The notes: generated from the sequence alone by a model not told the origin. Positions 1-10,309 are shown, counted from the first letter of the stretch. The stretch: 64,000 nt of DNA from an uncultured Nitrososphaerota archaeon (GCA_963718895.1 CAVRAG010000007.1:768001-832000), one strand, 5' to 3'. Translations and numbers: made by a program.

Positions 1-102
1 TTACGCCTCAGATTGGAGAGGCGGAGGTCTACGCGCGGCGAATGGTTATAAGGCTCGGACCCCTCGATGAAGCTCGCTCTCGTAGAGCATAGATGAGCTC
101 AA

Positions 103-895
103 TTGTCGACCAGTGGTGAAGAAGGAGGTCACGAATCGGCGCCAAAGGCGGAGAGTGGTGCAGGGTCAGAGGGAGGAGGTCCCGCCGCTAGCACACCGAA
201 GGCCTCGACGGAGTCGAGTCCCAGTGCTCCATCGTCGGTTGAGACCGTGACCACGCCCAAAGGAGAGTACGATGTACAGCAGGAGTCTGTTCCGGCAAGA
301 ATCGAAGCAAATAGGGTGGATTTAGGGCATGAAACGCCTGCACCCGGTTTACAGGAATCGAATAGCATTCTCTCATCTGCGCCGAGTGATGGGAGTGTGG
401 AAGTAGGCGCGAGCAATGACAAGATTCTTAGCCATCAAGTACGGTGAAGTTCCGGCTGCGAAGTCAGGAGACAAACCAGAGACATTCTACTTATGGCAAG
501 GACACAGTGAGGACCCTCAAGACGCTCCAAGCCTCGAAGAAGCAAAAGAGGAGGTAGCATATGCGGGTGTGCCTTCTAGGCCCCTCGAAGAGGGCGAGCA
601 AACCAAGAAGATAGAAGAGGCCAAACTCAAGAATCCTGCCGATTACCTCGCCCCCCTCGAGCCTGTGGAGCCCGGAACATACGTCGATCTCGACAAATAC
701 CATTATCACATGAGAGAAAGGCACGAGGGGATTGGAATAGCCAAGCCCGGTCCCATCAATGCAACCATGGATGCCAATAGCGTGAGCTTTGAATCAGCGT
801 TGCCGCCATATGAAGAAATCCGTAAGCGCGATAACCCCGAGACCAAAGATTCTAATGAGCCTGGGGAGGAAGAGGAAGATTCGGGTCTGGGCTGA
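103..895 (+). CDS. Acidic, low-complexity hypothetical protein (one apparent frameshift near 420)
   Basis: ORFs 103..447 and 416..895 overlap in different frames; S/E/P/G-rich N-terminus and acidic tail (EPGEEEEDSGLG); TATA-like ggttataa near 44-51. Confidence 0.55.
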
Positions 896-1042
896 GATCT
901 CCAGTGTGATTCGGAGTGAGTCAAGCCTAGCTTGCCGTTTTGCCATCCTCCTCAGGTGCATGTCGGAGTAGAGGTCGATCTGTCTCACTTAGGACTAGCT
1001 AACTAGCTACAGGTTGTTCCCGTGAAGAGGGCGGGATGCAGT

Positions 1043-3667
1043 TCAGCGATTTTCCTCAAAGGAGGCGCTATAGGCTCGTTTGAAAAGCTCGATGCCTCTT
1101 GGCGTAGTATTCGTCTCCCTTAGGAGGTACATCTCCAATGCTAGCAGACTCATCTGCAGCGTTTCTTCTTGGTATCCCATCTCCTTCACAGCATCGACTA
1201 GCACGGATTGGAGTCCCTCTATCCTCTCCTGGTCGTTCTTCTTTTTCAGAGCATCATCTACTCCTTGCCTTACTTTGGGTTGCTTCAGAAGAGGCTCGAG
1301 GGCAATCATGCGCTCCCAGTCTTGGTTAGCTCGGAAGTCTTTCGCATGCGCATCGTAGAAGGCGCGCATCGTCTCTGAGAGCAGGGCTTCACTCTCTTGA
1401 GGGGTCGCACTCTCCACCATCGAGATGTCGATCAGGTAAGGGCCGTGAAAACCACCCATGGAGACCATCGCCTGACCCCTCGCCAGGTACATCAGATACT
1501 GGTTCTGCTCTTCCCCAAGTCCCATGGCCTCACTCATGACCTTTCTTTCGTTCCCATCGACCAGCCCGTGCGTGATCTTCAGGTTGGTGTTCTTGATGGC
1601 GTCAGGAGCGAGCTTCGTCGGCGTCTGGTCCACGATTATTATCCCGACTCCGAACGCCCTTGCTTCATCTATCATCTCGCTTAGGGTCTCGACTGCCTTC
1701 GCCTCGGAGTGGGCACCGGTGAAATCCCCGCCGGCGGCCACCTTTGATGTGGTCGAGAAAAGCCTGTGCGCCTCCTCGATCAGGATTACCTGTCCGAGCT
1801 GCGAACTCGCGCCTCGAGCCTCCAGATGCTCGTAGATCATGCCGAAGATCACGCCCATTAGGAAGCTCTTCTCCTCGTTGTCGGCGATCAAACCCAACTC
1901 CAGTATCGTGGGTTCCCTCAGCAGTTCCTCGATCTCGATGTGGCCTGAGAACATCAATCCCTTCCCGGCGATGAGTAGGCTGTGAATCCTCCTTCGCAAC
2001 GCTTCCCTGATCTCGCCGATCGTATCCTTCTTGTACTCCAGCCTATCCACCACTCGCATCGTCTCGACGTAGAAATCGTACATGTCCGGCGTCTCGCCAC
2101 GGGTCGATGTCGCCAGGCCCCATCCTCGTCTGGTGTACGTGTTGTAGAGAGCTTCTTCGAAGATCTGCGGCAGAGGTCCCCACATTGTGAAGCTCGCCTT
2201 CAGTACTGACTTGAGCATCTCTATGTGCCTGATCACGGGGACTCGATCTGGTACGGCAAAGGGGTTTATCCTAAATCTGTACCTCATTTCATCACCGAGG
2301 GTGAAGACCCGAAGCCCTGGGACGGCCTTCGAAAGTGAGCGATACTCTGACTTCACTGGCTCGATTATTATGAAGGGGGTGGGCTTCTCGCCCGAGCGGA
2401 TTTGGCTCAGAAGCCATTTCGCGGTCTCTGTCTTGCCCCTTCCTGGCATCCCAGAGATGAAGCAGTGCATGGTGAGGTTGTTCTTCCCAATCGTCAGCGA
2501 GTTGTTTGTCGTCGCGCCTCTGTCGAGAATGGTCCCGAGCCTTATCTCTGAGCCCGAGTCGCCGCTATCATCTCTCGCGGGAGGGTTGACGGCACACTTC
2601 ACCACTGGATATACATCAAAGCCTGGCATCTCCTCCTCTGGAAGGTTGACGAGGGCGGCGAGTTCCCGGGACGTCAGGGGCGTGCACAGGCTCGGGGTCT
2701 CGAATATCCCGATCTTTGGGGTATTTCTCACGTGCCAGAACTCCAGGTTCCTTGCTGCTGCCCGCAGGTAGCTTGCGTATTCGTCGGCCAATCCAGTAAT
2801 CCGGATAATCTCGGGCTGGGACGCTTCACCCACGAAGCTACTCTTGAGAATCGAGGCCAGTTTGGCATAACCGCCGGCGGAGCGGGCGCCGAAGTAGTAG
2901 GCGACATCCCACATCCCTATCGCTTTTCCTGACCGGATACGGTCCAAATCGGTTGTAAGTGCCTCTACGTAGTCCTTCAGGTATCTGTCGCTGACCTGTC
3001 GAGTCGCAGAGACCTTGGAATCATGATACGAGACGCTGGCGAATTCTTGGTTTCCCTCTATCTCGTTCATCAGTATCTCTTCCGTCCCAATCAAGTCAGT
3101 TCTTCGGAGCGGTCTTGCCAGGACTAGGGACCACCACTCTTCGTGCTCTCCGCCGCTCGCATCTGTCATGCAGCGCAGGACTTGGTTCAGCTGGCCAGAC
3201 TTGAGACTCGGTATCCCGGTCAGGAGCCCCCCGAACTTCGTGGACCCGGCGATTCTCATAAGGATTCTCGCCGCGGATGAAGTTGCTTCCTCTGAATCGT
3301 CCAAGACAAGTCCCGGACACTTGGCCCGGTAGAGCGCGACTACGGGCGCAAGCGTCCCGGCGTCTGGTGGGCCTCCGGCTCGGAGCTCCTTCTCATAGGA
3401 TTCGAGAAGAAGGTACATGTCGATTCGATTTTGCGTTCCACGAACGAGAATACCAAAGTCTAGATTCAGAGTCCATAGCGAGACCACTACGTCCTCCACA
3501 TTCGTTCCACCGGATGGAATCCGCTCGAACCTTGCGGCTCGATAGCCTGCGACCTGCGTGACTACCGTGTTCTGCAGGAGGTCCTGTAGCTTCTCGTGGT
3601 CCCCCGAGATGCCTTCGATCGAAGCGTTGCGAAGGATACCCAGCTCGTCCTGCGGAGGACTAGTCAA
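1043..3667 (-). CDS. Large HerA/FtsK-superfamily (DUF87-type) ATPase with long N-terminal extension
   Basis: 874 aa intact ORF; Walker A SGMPGRGKT, IIEPVKSEY, FRINPF, Walker B ILIEEAHRL, DQTPTKL...IKNTNLKITHGL. Confidence 0.9.
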   Translation of the reverse strand: MTSPPQDELGILRNASIEGISGDHEKLQDLLQNTVVTQVAGYRAARFERIPSGGTNVEDVVVSLWTLNLDFGILVRGTQNRIDMYLLLESYEKELRAGGPPDAGTLAPVVALYRAKCPGLVLDDSEEATSSAARILMRIAGSTKFGGLLTGIPSLKSGQLNQVLRCMTDASGGEHEEWWSLVLARPLRRTDLIGTEEILMNEIEGNQEFASVSYHDSKVSATRQVSDRYLKDYVEALTTDLDRIRSGKAIGMWDVAYYFGARSAGGYAKLASILKSSFVGEASQPEIIRITGLADEYASYLRAAARNLEFWHVRNTPKIGIFETPSLCTPLTSRELAALVNLPEEEMPGFDVYPVVKCAVNPPARDDSGDSGSEIRLGTILDRGATTNNSLTIGKNNLTMHCFISGMPGRGKTETAKWLLSQIRSGEKPTPFIIIEPVKSEYRSLSKAVPGLRVFTLGDEMRYRFRINPFAVPDRVPVIRHIEMLKSVLKASFTMWGPLPQIFEEALYNTYTRRGWGLATSTRGETPDMYDFYVETMRVVDRLEYKKDTIGEIREALRRRIHSLLIAGKGLMFSGHIEIEELLREPTILELGLIADNEEKSFLMGVIFGMIYEHLEARGASSQLGQVILIEEAHRLFSTTSKVAAGGDFTGAHSEAKAVETLSEMIDEARAFGVGIIIVDQTPTKLAPDAIKNTNLKITHGLVDGNERKVMSEAMGLGEEQNQYLMYLARGQAMVSMGGFHGPYLIDISMVESATPQESEALLSETMRAFYDAHAKDFRANQDWERMIALEPLLKQPKVRQGVDDALKKKNDQERIEGLQSVLVDAVKEMGYQEETLQMSLLALEMYLLRETNTTPRGIELFKRAYSASFEENR

Positions 3668-4505
3668 GTTCGACTTCGTCGTCCTTTAGCGGGGCCCGGG
3701 ATCTCGACCTGAAAAGGTCCTTCCCCAGTTCAGAAGCTCCGGTCTTGGCGACGGTCCTTTCGATCTCTCTCTTGGCACTATAGCTACTATCGGCCAAGTG
3801 ACCGACGACCAAAGGGCCTAGCATCTGGTTCAGCGTGTCTACCCTGCTTTCAAGACCCTTCATCATGGTCTTCTCGAAATCCAGTCGTCCCTCTTGATTC
3901 TTGCGGAAATCTTCCTGCAGTCCCCTGAAGGAGGATGTGACCTGTTCAGTACCGGCTATCACCTTGCCCATTCGCTCTTCCTTTATCGCGCCCAACCTCG
4001 CATTTCCGCCCTGAGCGATCGTGAACCCGGCTCGGACGCTCCCAATCGCTATCACTATTATCACCGCCAGTGAGATAATCGACGCGTACGAAGGAATGCT
4101 CTTTGACAGGATCGGGTCGACTACGAACGCGAGGAAGAGAATTACCAGAGCGGCAGTAGCGCCGATCTTGGCGAGGTCTATCAAGGTGGTGACATGGACG
4201 TGCCGCCTCATAGAGGGTTCGTGGTAGGTCGAGGAGATCTCTTCGAGGGATGTGTCGAGCAGATTCTCCATTTTCGACTGGACGCTATGAAGCCTCGTAG
4301 TCTCCTCGTCGAACTTGTCCTCCGCGCCGTCGATGAAGTTCTCCAGCTTCGCGCTCACGTGCGTGAGGTTACCAAAGACGGATTCCATTGCAGTTGGGAT
4401 GGTCTGTGAGGGGGTCAGAATCGTGGGGGGCGAGTGCGGTTGAACCCTGATCGGTAATTTCTCGTCGGAAATCGCCATCTCATCGTCGGGGTCGTCGGCA
4501 GGCAT
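3660..4505 (-). CDS. Two-TM membrane protein with coiled-coil segments, translationally coupled to the HerA ATPase
   Basis: 281 aa; hydrophobic IGATAALVILFLAFVV and IISLAVIIVIAIG; 8-nt overlap with the ATPase start. Confidence 0.8.
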   Translation of the reverse strand: MPADDPDDEMAISDEKLPIRVQPHSPPTILTPSQTIPTAMESVFGNLTHVSAKLENFIDGAEDKFDEETTRLHSVQSKMENLLDTSLEEISSTYHEPSMRRHVHVTTLIDLAKIGATAALVILFLAFVVDPILSKSIPSYASIISLAVIIVIAIGSVRAGFTIAQGGNARLGAIKEERMGKVIAGTEQVTSSFRGLQEDFRKNQEGRLDFEKTMMKGLESRVDTLNQMLGPLVVGHLADSSYSAKREIERTVAKTGASELGKDLFRSRSRAPLKDDEVELD

Positions 4506-4612
4506 AGCGTCAAAGTCCTCGTATCAACTACACCATTGAGTATTTATGACTTGTCAGCTGGAAGGAACCCTAAGGCTTTGGAGAGGAATTGAAAGACGGA
4601 GTGACAACGTAG

Positions 4613-5103
4613 TTGCCGAGTGATGGAAATGATATTCAAAGCGGCCAGTCGACACTCCAAGCTGCTCCTTCTCCCGCACAGACCAATCAACCAAAGAGCG
4701 CGGAATCTGGCGCCAACGGGTCAGCGGTTGACACCAAGCCGATGGGTGAAGTTGATTCTGTCCTGTCCGAGAATCCCAAAGTGAAATCCCTCAATGCAGA
4801 GGAATCAAACTCCATCAAGAATGCAATCTCCACAGGTTCCGGCACACAGATTCCGCAGATCGAGTAGCTTTCGAGTTCGTCTTAACCTTCCAAGTCGACA
4901 CCTCCAGCAGATGAGACCAACCTTGGCGACGCCAATTGTCATCGATGGACTCCACACCAAGGAACGGGCAGAGGGCTGTTGACAACTCTAAACTCGATTC
5001 CCTGAAGCCGCGCCTGAGATGGAAGGTGAGAAGGAAGAGAGGGGGATTGCAGGAGCGCAATGAAGACGAGCCATTCATCGGTGAAGACGAGGGCGAAGAG
5101 TAG
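4613..5103 (+). CDS. Acidic low-complexity hypothetical protein (frameshifted)
   Basis: ORF 4613..4867 plus a downstream frame ending ERNEDEPFIGEDEGEE*; shares ESNSI and the acidic tail with 103..895. Confidence 0.45.
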
Positions 5104-5282
5104 GATGATAGAGGTGACGAGGATTGATGGCGATCATCGGACTCGCGAACTCACGATAGCGGAATAGCAAGCCTCACAGGTGGAAAGAGCTCTCCCCGTG
5201 ATGTGGGCATCAGTCGGTCGGACCTCTTGGCGGGAAGCCTTTTAGATTCCGGAGCAGCCCGATTGAGACCGGCCAGGGTGGA

Positions 5283-7384
5283 TTGAAGGCGAATCGGGAA
5301 ATCATTTTGGGGGTAGACCTGGGAACCACAAGTTCCTGCGCAGCAATATTTGATTCTAAGGGCCTCCGAATAATCTCCACTCAGGGCATATCTGCTGAAG
5401 CGGAAAAGACATTCCCCTCGGTAGTGGCCGTCACCGGCGAGGGTCGCGTCGTGGTAGGAGAGAGGGCCAGGCTTCAGCTCTCGAATAACCATGAGAGCGC
5501 CGTGAGCGAGAACGAAGGGCAAGCTCGGCACGAACTATAGGGTGAGTTTGAATGGAAAGGAGTACACCGCTGAGCAGATAAGCGCCTTTATCATCCGGAG
5601 AATTCGGAACGAGACAGACAAGGTGCTCGGGTATCCCATCAGGAAGGTGGTCATGACCGTACCCTCGTACTTCAACTACAATCAAGATCGAGCTGTACGA
5701 GAGGCTGCAAATTTGGCAGGACTAGAGTTGGTCAGGCTGCTCCCTGAGTCCGTGGCAGCGGGCGCCGCCTGGTGCGTCGACAGGCCTGACTGGGAGGGAG
5801 AAAATGTTGGTGATCTCCCTTGGAGGGGGTGGTCACGATGTGGCAGTTATGAATACAGGAGGAGGGGTGATGCAAGTCCTCTCTACGATCGGGCAACCCG
5901 AGAGCGGAGGAGATAGCTTGGACTGGGCCATCGTCGAGCTCTTCCTGGAGGACATCAAGAACACGACGAGAACGAACCTTAGAGACGATCCAGCCTCCAT
6001 GGTCCGGTTGAAGCTCGCCGCGGAGAAGGCCAAGATGGAACTCTCGAATTTGGATTCGACGAATGTCACACTCCACTCTTCCAGCGCTTCCGAAATACTT
6101 AGATGGAACTACACGCTGACGAGGATGAAGCTAGAGGAGCTGGCGGCCCCTATGATATCGAAACTGGAGGAGTCGGTGGGCGACGCTCTCGAATCGGCAG
6201 AAGTCCCTGCGTCGGCGATTGACAGGCTGATCCTCGTCGGAGGAATGACGAGAATCCCGTTCGTCAGGACCGAATCGAGGGATTGGTCGGCAAGAGCGCA
6301 GAGGCGAAGGTCGACTTAATGTACGCACCGGCCCTCGGCGCGGCAATCGAAGCATCCGTTCTTGACGGCCAGCGGAAGGACTTCCTGATTCTTAGAACGA
6401 CGAGGCTCTCGCTCAGCGTCGACTAGGGGAGGGAAGTGTGACCAAAATCGTGAGCAAGAACACCACAATCCCCACCAAGCAGACGAGGATATTTTCGACG
6501 GCGGCGGACCTCCAGACGGCGGTCACGATTCGCGTGCTCCAAGGGGAGAGCGCGATGGCCTCCGACAACCTCCCTCCTAGGTACACTCGGGACTCGATGC
6601 AGTCCCCGCTCCCAAGGGGGTCCCTCAGATCGAGGTCGGCGTGGAGATAGATGCTTCCGAAATTCTGCGGGTCGTCGCCAAGGACCTCGGAACGGGAAAG
6701 AAGAAGGAGATGTCTCTCTCGAGATGGCACACGCTATCCGGTTCGACGAACACCGCACGCAGAGGCTCCATCGCTGAGACACCCGACGCGTCTCAGAGCG
6801 TCACTGCGACAGCCGGGACAGGCCCGGCCGCTGGTCGTGAGAGTGGCGGCCCTCCCGAGGCTGAAGAGCGGCGAATCTATCAGGAGAGGAGTGAGAAGGT
6901 GGTTGCATCAACACCTCTTCAGCACAACAGCAGGGAAGATTGGGAAAGGGTCTATCACCGCGACGTACGTCTGGCAGAAGGGGCAGCCGTGCGCAACGTC
7001 CTCGAAAAACTTCTTGCGGTGCGGGATGACCTCGATGCGGCGATAATGGCCATGGAAAAGCGAGGGGATGAGGGCCCCCTCCTTGAGGGTGTGAAAATGA
7101 CCCTCAGGAAGCTCGATTCGCTCATGGCGACAGAGGGCGTGAGGCCCATCGAGGCGGTCGGAAAGCTGTTCAACCCGCACCTGCACGAAGCAATAGATAG
7201 GGTTCAGGGTACGGGGGACAGAGACCTGGTGATTGAAGAGATTCGAAGGGGATTCATGTACGGGGACAAGGTCCTCAGACCGAGCTCTGTGAAGGTCGAG
7301 CTGGCGTCTCGGACGAACGACAATCGAACAACTGATTGGGCCGAGAGCCCGGGCCTTGTATTCCTATGGTGGGCGCGAGGTTAA
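5283..7384 (+). CDS. Atypical Hsp70 (DnaK) fused to GrpE (several apparent frameshifts)
   Basis: [65 protein letters not shown]; last ORF 6641..7384 joins [19 protein letters not shown] to GrpE motifs FNPHLHEAI and [18 protein letters not shown]. Confidence 0.85.
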
Positions 7385-7895
7385 TCGAAGATCACCTCGG
7401 TCAAGCCGCCACCTCGGCAGAAGCCAGAAGGCGACGGGAGGCAGACAACCAATCAAGGACGGCGGGGGGTTAAATAGAGTGACGGATGGTTTGTGTGCCC
7501 GACTCCGCGAAAATGACTCTCTCGCCCTGAACGGGAGACGATACACAGGAATTACCTGAGCCGCAAAAACGTGGTCACGAGCGCAAGGGTCTTCCACGGC
7601 GAGGCGGCCAACGGGTCGAAGAGGAAGACATCATCTTTGACTTTCCAGCGAATGCCGTCCTGGTGAAATCCCGGGAGGGCGAAACAGCGCATGTCTGCCG
7701 ACGAGGCGGACGAACAGGCGAAATCGCGCAAAGCGGACTCAGGCACCCGACCACGGCTTCTCCGAAACCAGACCCACGCTGCAGGCTCAGGTGGCCGTCT
7801 GCCCCATCTGGGATGCGTTTCAGCGTCGTTTCCCGATTTGTGGCGTGCGTGGGACCTGGCGGGAAGGAAGCTGCGGTCGAGCACAGGAGCTGAAA

Positions 7896-9146
7896 ATGCC
7901 GGATGCAAACCTACGAAAACCGGACGAAGTGGGGAAGACCGACCTTGAGCAGTACGACGTCGAGCAGGCCATCGGCATCGTCCGCGGGCTGGGAGAGGGG
8001 CTAATCGAGGCGACGGCGCACTCGAAGCACCACTTCCGCAGGGAGTGGCTCGACCAGCTCGTAGAACGGTACCGGAGACAGCCCGGCAAGCCCGTCATCC
8101 ATCTGGACGACCTCGGCGACGAAGTAATACCCACGCTCTCGGGCGGCGCTCGCGAGTTCCTCAGGCCCTACTGGGAAGGACTCGTGAAGGAGCACGGCTC
8201 GGAGTGGGGTGCCCAGAAGTTCAGGTGCGTCTGGGACATCTTCTCGGCGAGAGGGAACGTCTCGAGGTGGGCGAAGCTCGGGAACTGGAGGAGGTTCTCC
8301 GGGCTGAGGGGGCTACACGTCGACGACCTTGAGCCCTATGTCGTAGCACTGCGGGCGTCGAGCGTTGGGACCAGCAGGGTGATACTGAACCCCAAGCTGC
8401 CTTTCAACCTCGCGACGCCTGCGGGAGCGAAGATCATAGGGTACAGGGGGGATGCTGCATACAGGACATCAGCATTCCACAACCTCGAGCCGGTGCTTCA
8501 CGAGGACTACAAGCAGGCGATCACGGAGACGATAGGCGGGAATCCGTTCACGACCACCTCGAGAGAGGATGGTTGTAACAGGACGAACGTCGGAGTCTTC
8601 GTGACAATGCTGCAGTCTATCGCAGGCATCGACAACACACAGAAACAGAAGAGAGCATGCAACCCATTCCCGAGCTGGTTCTTCACCATCCCAAGCGATG
8701 TGATGGCGGCCGGTTTGAGGGCAATCTGGGACTCTGAGGGCTCGCCGGGCAAAGAACTTAGACTGGGACAGACCGTCGCAGTCGAGAACGCTAGTCCCAA
8801 GTTGAGCGCTCTGGGAATCGGAATCAAGAGACCCTTCAGCTGGCTGGAAGAATCAGCACAGGAGACGATGGGAGCAAAACCACCGATGCTTCTCACATCG
8901 ACAGCGCTGCTCTTATACACCTTCGGCATAGATTCGTATGTTGGACCGCAGAAGACTTGGAGAAGCAAGGACCAGCTCACAAGCGTGTTCTGGGTCCTCT
9001 CCATCTACAGAAAGCGGAACATGGAACTCTTCCGACAACACATCGACTTCCTGTCCACAGACAAGCAACAGAGACTACGAGACGCCATCGAGAACACAGA
9101 TCCGTCTTCCCCTTCCTCCTCTTTTTTTTCTCCTAGGGTGACTTGA
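7896..9146 (+). CDS. Free-standing LAGLIDADG-like homing-endonuclease-domain protein
   Basis: NPKLPFNL..AKIIGYRGDA (degenerate motif 1), AGLRAIWDSEGS (motif 2), LLYTFGIDS, WVLSIY..NMELFRQHIDFLSTDKQQRL; probable ATG at 7896. Confidence 0.7.
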   Translation: MPDANLRKPDEVGKTDLEQYDVEQAIGIVRGLGEGLIEATAHSKHHFRREWLDQLVERYRRQPGKPVIHLDDLGDEVIPTLSGGAREFLRPYWEGLVKEHGSEWGAQKFRCVWDIFSARGNVSRWAKLGNWRRFSGLRGLHVDDLEPYVVALRASSVGTSRVILNPKLPFNLATPAGAKIIGYRGDAAYRTSAFHNLEPVLHEDYKQAITETIGGNPFTTTSREDGCNRTNVGVFVTMLQSIAGIDNTQKQKRACNPFPSWFFTIPSDVMAAGLRAIWDSEGSPGKELRLGQTVAVENASPKLSALGIGIKRPFSWLEESAQETMGAKPPMLLTSTALLLYTFGIDSYVGPQKTWRSKDQLTSVFWVLSIYRKRNMELFRQHIDFLSTDKQQRLRDAIENTDPSSPSSSFFSPRVT

Positions 9147-9427
9147 TGAAATACAAAGTGTACGCTTCGATCAGTCACGTCCCCGAAGAACGCTCGGTGA
9201 AAGCGGACTTGATTCTCGTAACCAACGGTGAGGGTAAGCTTGTTGACTACTTGCCGGGCCCGGCTACCATAGACGGGTACGAAGGGAGGTTTACTAAGAA
9301 CAAGGCTAAAGAAAGCGCGAAAGACTGGGTCAACGAAAGCCTCGAAATCGACACGAAGATAGATGACGTTCGACTCGTGCCCTATCCGCGGTTGAGCAAA
9401 ATGCTCTTCAAGCTTCAGAACAAGTGA
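9143..9427 (+). CDS. Small hypothetical protein
   Basis: 94 aa ORF overlapping the upstream stop; a paralogous N-terminus at 11874 supports coding status. Confidence 0.7.
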   Translation: MMKYKVYASISHVPEERSVKADLILVTNGEGKLVDYLPGPATIDGYEGRFTKNKAKESAKDWVNESLEIDTKIDDVRLVPYPRLSKMLFKLQNK

Positions 9428-9540
9428 TTGCTTTCTCTTGTTCGACGTTGCCGGCTAAATTCGCGGGAGCTGGAGGAGCGGAAATCGAGGGCAAGGAAGG
9501 ACGGGAAGACGCCGTTGGAGCAGCGCCAGTGTAGTTGTGA

Positions 9541-10170
9541 CTACACCGCTGTTCCGACTGTGGGCACGATCTGCGGGAGGCTCTTCTTCTTGAGGAAGAG
9601 GAGGCCAACCGCACCTAGCACCACAGCCAGGCCCGTTCCGACAACCGCGAACTGGGGCACGGTCGCTGTGACTGTGAGGGAAGCTACCTCAGTGTAGGAG
9701 CCACCACACTTCACCTCTGTACCGGTCTGAGAGCACGCGTAGATGGTCAGCGTCTCCTGGCCGTTTGTGGGAGTTACTGTGGTTGGCGCAGTCAGCGACA
9801 GTGTCATAGTCGAGGGCGACCCGTACGATGCTCCCTCACAGGTTCCTGATGGGCACGTGCTCACAGTCCCTGATGCGGGAGTGAAGGTCCAGCTCCATCC
9901 GTTGTCGGTGCCTGCGTTTGAGCTGCATCCGCTGCCTACGGGGCAGACGTAGTAGTGCATCGTCGTGCCGGAAGGCGCGTTGCTTGCATAGAACTCGAAG
10001 GTCGCGGACCCTGTGGATCCAGGTCCGGTCAGCGGTATTGTGTTACCCGACGCGCAACCGCTTACGCATTGCAAAGATCCAGAATACGGTGTTGCCATTG
10101 CGGTTGGCAGCATCATGAGAGCGAACATTGCTCCAACAGACGCCAGTACAGCGAGCTTCCTCAGTTGCAT
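9541..10170 (-). CDS. Secreted Cys/Thr/Ser-rich surface protein with PEF-CTERM-like anchor
   Basis: Signal peptide MQLRKLAVLASVGAMFALMMLPTAMA; C-terminal VPQF + TM + KKK. Confidence 0.8.
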   Translation of the reverse strand: MQLRKLAVLASVGAMFALMMLPTAMATPYSGSLQCVSGCASGNTIPLTGPGSTGSATFEFYASNAPSGTTMHYYVCPVGSGCSSNAGTDNGWSWTFTPASGTVSTCPSGTCEGASYGSPSTMTLSLTAPTTVTPTNGQETLTIYACSQTGTEVKCGGSYTEVASLTVTATVPQFAVVGTGLAVVLGAVGLLFLKKKSLPQIVPTVGTAV

Positions 10171-10309
10171 ATTCTTCTCGTGGTTTGGGTCGGTTATAAG
10201 GCCTAAGAAGCCGAAATCAATGGACGTGTATTTGAAATTCATGTCTAATTTGGTGGAGAATTCGCAAAAAACTTGGGTGTTTTCTGAGGGCTGCGGGGCA
10301 CGTAGTAGG

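Noticed and set aside
794-988. Possible small third gene downstream of the HerA ATPase
   Set aside because: 64 aa, overlaps the convergent gene by about 100 nt and has no motif, so it is not supportable
1043-3667. Housekeeping DNA-repair HerA or conjugative VirB4
   Set aside because: No nurA/mre11/rad50 or recognisable conjugation genes nearby, and the long N-terminal region is atypical
7896-9146. Intein or intron-encoded endonuclease
   Set aside because: No N-terminal Cys/Ser block, no C-terminal HN motif and no interrupted host gene
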